This document shows positions 41,154 to 52,542 of a stretch of 64,000 bases of DNA, in pieces. The number at the start of each line of letters is the position of its first letter. The stretch's first letter is position 1. Under the pieces are notes generated by a model that did not search any database, had not been told where the DNA came from, and saw nothing but the letters and a program-made list of their open reading frames with translations. Position numbers and translations under genes: made by a program. Source of the DNA: Camelus dromedarius (taxonomy: Eukaryota); the NCBI RefSeq assembly GCF_036321535.1, contig NC_087437.1, positions 46,316,001 through 46,380,000 of the forward strand, written 5' to 3'.

Positions 41154-41829
41154 GCTTTATTTCTTAAATAGAATGTATCAGACATATTTGTCCCTTGTGG
41201 TTCCAAGAATCTGTGCATATACAGATTCTGTTACTTTGCATTAGCGGTGCTGTGTATTTTGATCTAAGCTGTGAGTTTCCTGTAGATAGTCATCCTCCCT
41301 TCTCAGAAACTGGTAGTGTCTTTATAGTAGCGTCTTGGTGAATGCTTATCTAAATGAGTTGAATTAAATAAGTGGATCAATTTCCCATCGATTGATACAA
41401 TGGCATTGATACAAAAGGTGGCAAAGAGATGATGATTCCTCTTTATAAGCACCCTGCATAGGCAAAGTAGGAACATGCTTATGGGGCTAAATAATTCAGA
41501 CTCCTGTTCCCATGTTGGTTTTGATTAGTGGGTGGCTCTACTACACCACTAGGTTTCACAAGTTGAACCTGTTCTGGTAAGATTAATTTAAGGAGAAATT
41601 GCCTTGAAACAATTCAGAAAAAAAAAAATTGCAGCATATAAAGTAAACTGTGATTACACAGAAATGTGAGATTATGTCCAACTCGCTTTTACGGTGTGGG
41701 TTAAAAATGTGTTCTCATGTAATCAGTTTTGGTTTAAGGGTTTAAGAGGACATAAATATGACCCAGAGTGGAAATGAGAAGATGGAGCATTTTAAACAAT
41801 AAGGCACTAAGTGAAATACCATGATACTC

Positions 41830-42165
41830 AATGACCTTCTTTATCTTGTCCAAATCCCACATACCCTTCAAGGTTTAGCTCTCCTTCTGCCCCCTCCTTC
41901 CTGAAATCTGTCCTCACCTCGTGATTGTAATTAACATTTCCCTTCTCTGAATGCCCAGAGTACCTTATCTTACCTTTCCCAAGGTATGTAACACTATACC
42001 TTGTTAACACTCATTTTTATGTGTCTCTTCTCCATACATATCACCTTGTATTATGCCCTAGGAGAGCAGAATCTATGTATCTTCATCTTTGTTTCCTCAC
42101 ACGAGTCTGACACTGGACCTTCTTGATATTGGGTTTTCAGTACATGATTGTTGAAAACGAATGAC
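41830..42165 (+). mobile_element. L2 3' end
   Basis: 'cccttcaaggtttagctc...cttcctgaaatc...ctgacactggaccttcttgatattgggttttcagtacatgattgttgaaaacgaatga'. Confidence 0.8.
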
Positions 42166-44419
42166 ACAGCCATGACAAAGCAATGGGGTAATAAACAACT
42201 CCTTCCTAAGTTATGAGAGACAGATTTCTGCTTCATGAATGTGTAGCCATGCAGATCTAGAGATAGAAATGAACGTAGGTTTATTTTTGTTGTGTCTGTT
42301 TTTCCTTGGTCAAGGCGTCTAAGCCACCACACTGATTCCTTATGCACAGATGGAACTTTATCATGCATACAAGCCTCTGAAGGAAATAATTTTTGCTTAA
42401 ACTTTGCCTTAGAAACTTCAAGGGAATTCAGAACAGGATTTCTTTAATGATCTGGCTATATTTTATTACCATTTGCCAAGCCGAAAAATGTTTGGCAGAA
42501 CTTTTGGCTTCTGAGGTTTTGGATGCCTTCCAGTTAATCTGCCTCAGGATTTTGAAATACAAATAAATGAGTTCCAGTTCAAACTTTTTTTGAATCTAAG
42601 CTGCCAGTCCTTTATTTCCCTCCCATGTGAACATTTTGGTACAGAAATACCAACCAAGCAGAAAGAAGATAATCAGTCAACATGTTCAGAGTTATTAATG
42701 GCCTTGGTTTAGAAGAACAACGTGAGAATGAATGGTTTAAAACTTCATGTTTCTTAATCGTAACTGGCTGTTGGCTCTTGGCATTTATTTTCCAGGATGT
42801 TTTCTCTAATTTGTATTTAGGAGAGGAGGACAAGGGTGTTCTTTGCCACTTTGATTCTGCCAGAAGGAAGATTCTGAATGTTCCTTTGTTAACCATTACA
42901 CACTTACCTTTGTTTTACTTTTCTTGTCTGGGAGCCAAGTACTTTTCAAGTCACTCGACATTTTACTGAGGCATGCTAGTCACCGAATGTAATTATAAAG
43001 CAAAGTTTAACACACATTAAAGAGAAGCATGACTGGGAGTTTCAGGTGCCATGTACACCACCTTTAGTTTGGGTGAATGGCATTACTTCGATTATCTCCA
43101 TAAACTTCAGAGCCAGTCCCTGGTGAGTTCTGAGGGAAACAAAAAAATTCTTTTTTATTAAAGGAAACACACACAGACAGTCCACACGTGTGCACATGCT
43201 CAGTAGTGCCACGTGGTCGTGGCATGAGTTCTTGGCTATGACACACCGTCCACATCTGGGGCAGCCTCATAACCTAGCAAGGATCTGGAGGGGAAGGGGC
43301 TAGGTAGGGAGGCACAACAACTCTTAATTTAAAGAAATCCCTCTTACTAAGCCTTCTATTAACATTTTTCTTTGATGATTATTATGAATTTTCACTAGAA
43401 ATATAGCCCCACAATAAAATGTACAGTGTGGTAATGAAGGAAAATAATATAAACCCCCAAAATTTTCTCCAAAGTTTCAGATTGATTTTTTTTACCTTCA
43501 CTTTGGTTATGGGAAAGACCAGTACTCCTTAGAGTACAATTCAAAGAAACTAGATTGAAAGAATCTTTCTCATGTTATAAAATTTTGAATTATGTTTTTC
43601 TAGCTTAAAAAACATTTTAGTCCATGTAGGAGGTTTTGATAGGAAAATGCATATTTTTAGTGTTTCGTATGATCTTTGTATTTCTAAGGTGTCATTGAGC
43701 CTGTCTCCTCACCTGTTAAGCTCTCCTGACCTGTAAGCTATCCTCACAGGCTCATGGGAACCAAGCAGCTTAGTCCATCAGCCACACACCCAATCTGGGC
43801 GTGGGTGGCTGGGATAGGTAGGCAAGTGACCTGGTGCCTGGAAATGGCCCTGACCTCTGCACTCAGGCAGGTTCTGAAACAGCCACTCAGCTCTGGTTTC
43901 AAGGCATTCTTTTTGCTCTTTCGGAATACAGTGGGCCCTGAGACAACTGAAACAAACAGAAAAATTACTTTCAGGGAATTGTCATTCTCTCTTCTGCCTT
44001 CCTCCCTCCACCAGGGGCCTCCTTCCATTCCCTGTTCCTGGTTCTCCAGGGCGCTCCCCCATACCACGGTCCTGGGTGAGAGCCTTCTCTCTAGGACACG
44101 CGTGACTCTCGCTCTTCTCTCACCACCCTACCCAAGACTCCAGTCCGTTTCTAGTGCAGACTTAGTGATAGATGGTGACATCGTTGGTACGAAAGTAGGA
44201 ATAGCTAGCATGTGACATTCTTTCTATGTGTCACACCTTTTGTTAAGCCTGGTAGCTGATCTGTCTCATTTAATTACTCCCTTATAAGCTATATACAGTT
44301 TTTTATTCCAGTTTTATTCCTGAAGTGTAGGAGGCACAGAGAGCAAGACCCACCCAGGTATGACATGTGACCCCTGGATTTGAACTTTGGCCCTAATCCA
44401 GGTTTAGTAGCATTACAGT

Positions 44420-45540
44420 TGAAATCATATAGTGCTCAAGTTTGACACAATTTGAGCATTAAAAAAAAAAGATTATGAATGCATAAAACTCCACAAGTCC
44501 GTAACTACACTCAAAAAAAGGAAAATCTTCCAAAATAAAACTTATTTTCCACCATTGGAGGTGGTTATTTCAACCAGTTTCCTACTCTGATAATTGATAA
44601 TTAAAAATAAATGCACGTTTTTCCAGAAAAAAACTGTTTTAGCGAAACCAAATAGTCCTGATTGACGAAGGAACACTTTTTCTTATAGAAGAATGCCAGC
44701 CCTGAATGTGAAAGGAATACTGTGGTTGGAAATTCACCATTTTGCAGCCCTTGATGAAATGATAATGCAAGTAAGAATCTTCAATGGATACAGAAAACCA
44801 CTGATTGAGGGTTTGATGGGGACTGTCATCACCTACTCCTGCAGATTGCTTGCTGATTGACAGGGCTCTGCAGTAGAAGTTTCTGGCTGTCATCACCTTG
44901 ACTCCATGAGTGCACTTCACCTCACTTTTGATGGAATCACTGAGCTTTGTGAAGATCCAGATATGGTGCAAGATGAAGTAGCAGTGTCACGTATGAAGTA
45001 TTTCTCCCAACAGTGAACTTACTCATGCTTTAGCTATAACTTCTACCTCATAGGGTATACAGAAGCTAGAGGAACAACTTAACCACAAGAAAATAATCAA
45101 AGGTGACAAATCTTTCTATAGACAGCTGGCCTGGACTTTTCAACAATAAGTGTCTTGGTATAACAAGAGGGGAGGAGATATTTTAGTTACATAATGAGCG
45201 AATGCTATCCATGATCCTTCAAAGGATACTGATTTGAACAAGTCAGCTGTAAAAAAAAAAAAAAGGTAATTTTGGAACAATTTGGGAATTTTACTATGGT
45301 ACTAAGGAATTACTAATAATTTTTGTCAGGTATGGTAATAGTGATGTGCTTATATAAGAAATTGTCCTTATTTAGAGATGCATGTGGAAGTATTAGGGAG
45401 TGAAATATTGTATGGGCAAATTATGTTAAAATATTTCAGCCCCCAAATTAAAGCAAATATGGTGAGTTCTGGTGGGTTTTACTAGTGTTCTGGGTTCACT
45501 ACTCTTAGAATTTAAAAAATTTTTATAATTAAAAAATACG
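44420..45540 (+). mobile_element. Old L1 3' UTR (L1MC/ME-like)
   Basis: 'caccattggaggtggttatttcaaccagtttcctactctgataattg...gaaattcaccattttgcagcc...ttggaacaatttgggaatttt...tactaaggaattactaataattttt'. Confidence 0.65.
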
Positions 45541-45569
45541 AAAATTTTTCAACAGAATGTATCAGTCTT

Positions 45570-46010
45570 GAAGGAGAACCCTGGGCTCCAGTCCCAGCTC
45601 TCCCATTTAGTTGTTGAAGGGTTCGGTTAAGCCACTGCACTCTGTGCTTCAGTGTCTTCCTCAGCAAAATGACGATAATAACATTATCAGCTTTGTAGGA
45701 TTGTTATGGGGATAAAATGAGTTAACTCAAGTAAAGTACTTAGAACAATGAATGGCATGTAGTAAGCTCTCAACAAATGTTAGCTGTAATTGCTTCATGT
45801 AGGAGGAGTCAGACAGAATTAGGTTTGAATCCTGGCTCTGTCTTTTATTAGCTATGCTGCCCTGGGCTGTTTGCTTAACCTTGCTGAAACTCAGTTTTCA
45901 TTTTTAAAATGGAGGTATTAGGGTTATGGTAGGATTAATCACATAATTCATACACAGTTGACAGTGCATAGTAACCACTTAATAAATAGTAGTTTGACTA
46001 TTAGTACCAT
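45570..46010 (+). mobile_element. Two tandem MIR SINEs
   Basis: Two successive MIR cores and tails ('ggataaaatgagttaactcaagtaaagtacttagaaca', 'ggtttgaatcctggctctg...ctcagttttcattttt'). Confidence 0.8.
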
Positions 46011-46939
46011 CACATTATTAGTGCTGGACTTTTTCAGAGGCCTCCACTGCCTTACCCCAATGCAATGGCTAATACTGGAATGTTCCGGCACTGTAGCTAT
46101 ACAGGTGGAAAGCTGACAGATTAGCAGGGGGAGTGTGGGGAAGGCCTTTTGGTCTCCACTCACCTTGAGACAAACATTGTGGCACATGGGTGCTGCCCAC
46201 GAGGTATATGTAGGGACCTTGTATCAGGTAAGGATCTTGGCTTGCACAGGGTTGGGTGGATTATAAAGGGCAGGTGCAGGAGAAGATCTGGGCTTTTACA
46301 TGGACACAGAATGTGAGGAAGATCCAGAAGAAAGAAAAGAAATGAGTTAACTGGGGAGTCTGGCTCTTGTTTGTTTCTACCTCAACCTCTCCCAGGAGTT
46401 TGAAATAGTCCATGAAAATGAATGCACTTTTCATCACAGCTATCATTTGCCATAGACATTTGCAGCCAACAGACTGATTTCTCTAGGTAGTCTGTGAGGC
46501 ACTGGCCAGCAATACTGTTTCTTTTTCTGGAACTTTAAAAGCTCAGAGGATTTAGGGACTATAGGGTCTTACAAGGGCATGTCACCACAGAAGACAGTGT
46601 TTCTAATACTTGATTCTTATGGTTGTATAGACTTTTGATGATCTCATTAGGGCAATAAATTTATAATTTTCTTTTATACGCTGAACCTCACTATTTTTCC
46701 TCTTCCCTCTGAGCAGCTATCTTTTCTTCCTACTTTAGATACCAAAGGAATTACAACCTACCTCTTTCCCCACGGTCAGGAAACATGTGTTCCTAGGAAT
46801 TCATGTAAGATGGGAAGGCCTGAAAACAGATCGAAGCATGTGTCTAAGCAATGGGAAGTAAACAGTTAAGGGCAAACGAACTTGAAAAAAACTAATCAAA
46901 TAGATTTTTTTATGGCTCCTGAGACAGAAATGCGTGTCC

Positions 46940-47333
46940 AAGGTCATCAGTATCTTTGTTTTCATCTCCCTGGGCACATGGCAACACTACAAGTTCTAGG
47001 TAAAGCTAAGCAGTGGTGTTCTGGCCAATCAAATGAGAATCTGAGTAATATGTGCTGTCCTGGGAATGGCCCAAAAAAGCTGCCATGGGTGACTGTCTCT
47101 TTCTCTGCCTTTCTCATCAGCTGGCTTGAAAGAGGGGACTTTAAGGGCCAATAGGAGGATGGAACCACAAGTTGAAGGTGCCTGGGTTCATGAATGAGTT
47201 TGTTGAGCAGAATACCCCCCATCATCCCACACTGAGCTGTGTCGTGAGCAAGAAATATAATTTTATTAATTGTTTTTATTAAGCTGCTGTAATTTGAGAG
47301 TTGTTACAGAAGTTAGGCTACCTTGAATAATAC
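46940..47333 (+). mobile_element. Old MLT1 MaLR LTR
   Basis: Ends 'gtgagcaagaaatataatttt...ttaagctgctgtaatttgagagttgttacagaagttaggctaccttgaataataca'. Confidence 0.7.
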
Positions 47334-47509
47334 AGTCCTTTGGACTTTCTTTTCAGCAGCTAAGTATGGCAGAGACATTATTTACTTCCTCACACACATA
47401 TTTGTTGATATTTTTTATTATCAGCAACTTTTAAATTAGGGAAATAGAGAAGGTACATAAAGATACACGTTTTCTTGGCAGTCAGTTCCTTCCTACGTAA
47501 ACAGTATGG

Positions 47510-47700
47510 TCAGGGCATTCACTATCTCATTTATTTTGCATGCAGACTCTGCGAAGATCCTGAGAGATAAGGAAACTGAGATTGGGAGAGGTTAAATTAT
47601 GTGGACAAGATCACACAGCTAGGGTTTGCTTTGGATCCAGGATTGAAACTCACATTTTTTTTAAACCACAGAGTCTTTGTTATTTTCACTATAACGTGCT
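47510..47700 (-). mobile_element. MIR SINE
   Basis: 'gataaggaaactgagattgggagaggttaaattatgtggacaagatcacacagctag'. Confidence 0.8.
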
Positions 47701-48102
47701 CTTTTTAAGAAAAGAGCAGTCAAGAAAGGGAGTATACACAGAGGGAGTGTATAATGCTTTCTAGAGAGGTAGCAAAACCTTGAAAAAAGTAACTGGGTGC
47801 CAGGTCATACTTCAGAAATTCTATGACAGATCATAAAACAAAAAACCAAAAAGATGAAAAACAAAAAAATAAAAAAGAAAGAAAGAAAAGAGGATAATCG
47901 TGAATCCAGACCCACAAGATTGGGTTCCTAGGATTCTAGGTTCAAAACCTAATCCAAAATGGTTTTAATATGTCTAATATCAGTTATTTAGGTTGTACTT
48001 AAATTGTCTAATAGAAAGTCATTCTTTCCCAGAATGTCTGAGGTTATTGTACTCAGATTCCTTTTTACTTCAAGCTAATGGATCTAAACCCTTAAAGATG
48101 TG

Positions 48103-48520
48103 TATATTACTCAGTTTTCCAGACAAACAGAACTAATAGGAGACTGTCTGTCTATCTCAAGAGATACTTCTTTGAAGGATTGTGTGGCTGGCAGGTCTAA
48201 AATCTGCAGGGCAAACTGGCAAGCTGGAGTCCTAGGGGAGAGTTGATGTTTCTGCTTGAGTCTAAAGGCAGTTTGGAGGCAGAATTTCCTTTTTCCTGCA
48301 GGACCTTGGTCTTTTTCTCTTGAGACCTTTAACTGATTGGAAGAGGCTCACTCACATTATGGAGTGTAATCTGCTTTATTCAAACTCTACTAATTTAAAT
48401 GTTAATCTTATCTTTAAACAAACAAACAAAAAACCTTCACAGCAACATTCAGACTGATGTTTGACCAAATATCTGGGTGCTGTGGCCTAGCTAAGGTGGC
48501 ACTGAGAATTGACCATCATA
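48103..48520 (-). mobile_element. MLT2 (ERVL) solo LTR
   Basis: 'ttccagacaaacagaactaatagga...taactgattggaagaggctcactcacattatggagtgtaatctgcttt...gtggcctagctaaggtggcactgagaattgaccatcata'. Confidence 0.88.
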
Positions 48521-48602
48521 GGGTGCTAATTACAAACAAAATATCCCAATCTAGGTAGACCCTAACAAACTCCTTCTGGCTACTGGATTGGTGGTACTCT
48601 TT

Positions 48603-48702
48603 TTTTTCTCTTAAAAAAATTTTTTTTAAGTTATTTTTTCAATGTTTTTCTTTTTGGAGGGAGGTTAATTAGGTTTGTTTGTTTGTTTGTTTGTTTGTTT
48701 GT

Positions 48703-48741
<39 letters not shown>

Positions 48742-48803
48742 TTTTTCACTGAGCTAAGTGCATGCTGAGCAGGCACTCTACCACTAAGCTATACCTCCTC
48801 CGC
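48603..48803 (-). mobile_element. vic-1-like SINE with expanded (TTTA)/(TTTG) block
   Basis: Minus strand reads 'ggaggtatagcttagtggtagagtgcctgctcagcatgcac...aaacctaattaacctccc'; TSD ggtggtactcttt (48590) / ggcggtactgttt (48804). Confidence 0.85.
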
Positions 48804-49096
48804 GGCGGTACTGTTTCTGAATGGGATGACCCCACTGCTATCTGTCTGGTAGAAAGAAAAAGAATGGCTGCATCCTTGAAACCCACAATATGTGTTTAAT
48901 GAGGCATTGACGCAAAACTCTAAAGTCAAAGAAATTTTGAGCGTCATCCAGCAGGTGAGCAGTAAACATCTTAGGCCGTAGAGCCTTGCCTCTCCCACCT
49001 GCACTGAGTATTGCTCCTTACCAGCAGCCCCCCTGCCTCTTTCCTGCCCCCAGACGCTTCTTAGCACCTACTGAACTCAGAGCTGCTGCACTTGTT

Positions 49097-49153
49097 TTCT
49101 GTTTTACTTTTGCTTTTTACTGAAGTGTAGTTGGTTTACAATGTCAGTTTCAG
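49097..49153 (-). mobile_element. Ultra-truncated L1 3' end (57 bp)
   Basis: T-rich tail plus 'tgaagtgtagttggtttacaatgtcagtttcag', between perfect 15-bp direct repeats gctgctgcacttgtt (49082-49096, 49154-49168). Confidence 0.88.
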
Positions 49154-52100
49154 GCTGCTGCACTTGTTCAATGCTTACCTTTCCTCCGTGGGTTTTGGCC
49201 TCTCATCTCGTAGTTCAGTTGGAATGTACTTCTTTTTAAAAATCCAAATATGTCTCATCACGTCATGTCCCATTCTGGTATTCTTTCATTTGCGAGTCTT
49301 TTCTGCCATTTGTCACTCCTCTGGTGCTCATATCCCTTGTGGCGGCACTTACATCCCTGTACTACCCACGGATAATTGCTTCCATGGGAGATTGCCACAT
49401 GTTGGCATGGTTTTCTTCTTGCATTACTGGGAATAAAAAAAAAAAATACACCACAAGCATATTTTAGAAAAGTTATAATAAAGAATTTAATTAACAGAAA
49501 ATACCATATAACACATAAATTCATCATGAATTGGCTGTATCTCATATTGAGAGCCAGCCATATCTGAGAAAAACAAAACCCAATAAACCCCCTCCCCTCT
49601 GCAAAACAAAAACAAAAACAAAAACAAACAAACAAACCAAAATAAACCTTTCCACTCTCATATCTTCTTTTGTAATTTTATGGTTCAGGAGTCACAGCCC
49701 CACAGCTGTCACAAGACTTGCCTGAATGTGTTGATCTAAGATCCCTTTGGCGCCTCTGCATCAGAGTGTCTGCTGCACCCCTTCCTCCATTATATGCATC
49801 ATATGCATACAGCAGGTCCCCTCTGAGGAAACTGAGGAACTCTGCTTTTTTTTTTTTTTTTGGTGGTTTGTTTTTAAGATGCCTCCAGCCAGCTACTTAA
49901 CTTAAGGCTTATGCTAAGATGCTCTACCATTGCGTTACTGATAATCTTTTCTGTAAAATGTCATTGTTGGATACTTATTTGGACTTTTCCGAACATAAGT
50001 CAGTCTGTCTTTGCCAGTTCTAGAAGGTAGAGGAGGGACTTTATTTTGCTGATGGCCAAACCATCCTTTTCTCTGTTTTGTTCTCTGGACAGTGAATTAT
50101 TTCCTATTTCCATCTGTAAAATGATGAACTTTTTCATTCTAAAGTCCAATATTATTTCCACAATGAGTTATAGATTTTTTGAAATTAGGAACTATGTTCC
50201 TAGTCAAATTTGTGGACTATCTTCACAGAGCAGCATTAGGTACTCTCCAAATAGTTGTCTAGTGTTAGAGGCTCAATTCCTGTTTGTCCTGAAAGACTTT
50301 CTGCCAGATTAATAATTGGACAGCACCTATGTAAAGTATGTTAAAAAATGTTTTCTTTCAGAATGTTAAAGCACACATATCTGATTGAGGGATAGAATTT
50401 ATGCAAAAGAGAAAATATCCATGAGAGAGAAAAAAATTTTTTTTTCTTCTGAAACGGGCGAAGTACTGAAGAGTCACTCAAAGGAAATGAATTCCACATA
50501 CCTGGGACACCATTAGATACTCATTTAAAAAGTCTTTGAATAAAAAGTATGTTTCTGGAAACATATGGTTAACTGGATGACAACTAAAGTGACTGATCAC
50601 TGGCTCACTGCTTGTTGGCTTCAAAGGACAGTTTTAGGTCAAAATCAGCGCAAAAAATAGGGTAGGGGGAATCCTTTCTAACTAGAACTATAAACATGTC
50701 AAGAGGTAAGCTTCAGTCAGAGGAGATATTAATATCCTAATTTTAAGAAAAAGCAACTAGTACTTCAAGACTTTTAAACAGTTGTCCATAATTTCATAAC
50801 AAGTGAGTACGAAAGGATGCTATTCCCAGCTCTTCTTTTTCCCAGTGCAGTGTTTGGTCTCCTATTCTGGGCTCAGTGGAGAACAGCTCAAGCTCATCCT
50901 CACCTCTCCTGAGCACATTACCTGTGGACCAGTGTTTATTAGAGTTTTCAGCAATAATCGAGATGTCTCTACAGAGGATCTGGGGCAGTGGGAACAATGA
51001 AAATCACCTCACAGAAGGAAAAGAAAAGCCAGTGGAAGAGGAGGAAGAACAAATGGGGAGAAGAGAAAAGACACATAGATGAAATGTCTATTTATCTGGA
51101 ATGCCTGGAAATGTTTATCTTGGTTAACAGAAAGCTACCCTTCATCTCATTCATGGTCAAAACATTTAAAAAAATACCATGTGATAGTAAAACTGATCAT
51201 CCTTTATTCTGTATGATGATCAAAGTCTTATTTTAAATTCTGATTGTTATTGTGAATCCTTAAAAAAATCTGGTCCTATTGAGTCTGTAAACAAATTTTA
51301 CTATATCCACAATGTACCAAGGACAGTTACTTCTGATGCCATCTGTTGTCCTGAACTGTCATGTCCTCCCACCCCGCTGACTCCAATTTATTCAACAGAA
51401 AGAAAACATTTCAAAGAAAGAGGAAGCAGGAAATTCCAATGGATCAGTAACAGCTGGAGTGCTAACCTGTCATTGGGGTGGAAAAAATGCTGTTTTTGAC
51501 ACATCTTTTCCTTGTCCTTGACACAAATTAGGTAACTCCCTGACATACTGTCTCTTCATGAAATTGGTGGGGGTGTGATAAATGTCTATGTGTTACATAA
51601 AGATATTCATAACAAAGAGTTATGATATGAAAAATGTCCTTTTCTCACGATGGAAAGAATAACTCATGTTCTACATAATTTGTACCTGCATATTTTGTTG
51701 TAAATCCTGGTTTGCTCAATAAGCTGAAGTTCATTTCTTCACCGTGAATCTTGATTGCAACACTGATGAATGAAAAGGATCAACTAGGAGCAAATGTACT
51801 TTATATGTAATAGTTATGCAGGTCCACCTCAGTAGGTCTGTTTTAAATCGGTCACTTTAAATAAATCAATTGTTTTTTTCCTCCCCAAAATAATTTTGGA
51901 ATTCTGATACTTAGTGTAAAACTCTAAGGAACTTTTTATTCCTGTGTTTCCTCAAGGATATCCCAGACATATGGATAATATTCTTATTTTGATCATTTAA
52001 AAATATATATTTGATATTCATTCAAAAATATTTGATTTCTTATTTTGATAACTGGATTATGGTGATATAAGATGTTAACATTAGAAGAAGATAGGTGAAG

Positions 52101-52344
52101 GGAATGAAAAGTTAAAAAGAAAAAAAAATTATTGAACTCCTACCATGTGCTGAGAATGGTGTGAGGCACTTGGTACACAGTTGTGATTAAGCAAGCAGAA
52201 TCCATTATTAACCCCTCTCCTCAGTTTAGAAGTTATCATTTAGTCATACCAAAGCTTTTTTTCCACTGCAATTGTGTCTTATTCTCTTCTAGAAAACCTC
52301 AGTTTTCTTACTTACTGAGCCCATATACACTGAGTTAAACACTT

Positions 52345-52542
52345 TTATTTTAAAAGAGATTTTAAATATTTTATTTATGTATTATTATACTATTTAACTA
52401 TTTTACTTTGGCAGGGGGTTGGTGGTGGTGGTGAGTAGGTAGTTAGGTTTGTTTCTTTTTAGAGGAGGTCCTAGGGATTGAACCCAAGACCTTGTGTATG
52501 CTAAGCATGTACTCTAGCTTTTGAGCTATACCCTCTCCCACC
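52345..52542 (-). mobile_element. vic-1-like SINE
   Basis: Minus strand reads 'ggagagggtatagctcaaaagctagagtacatgcttagcatacacaaggtcttgggttcaatccc'; TSD ctgagttaa(a/g)cactt at 52330 and 52543; a minus-strand MIR follows to ~52720. Confidence 0.88.

Noticed and set aside
43754..44215. Longest ORF (153 aa)
   Set aside because: No recognisable homology or splice context; an overlapping antisense ORF points to a compositional artefact.
52470..52540. tRNA gene (also at 4290 and 48760)
   Set aside because: The tRNA-like heads are followed by SINE bodies and tails, and two have TSDs; these are SINEs.
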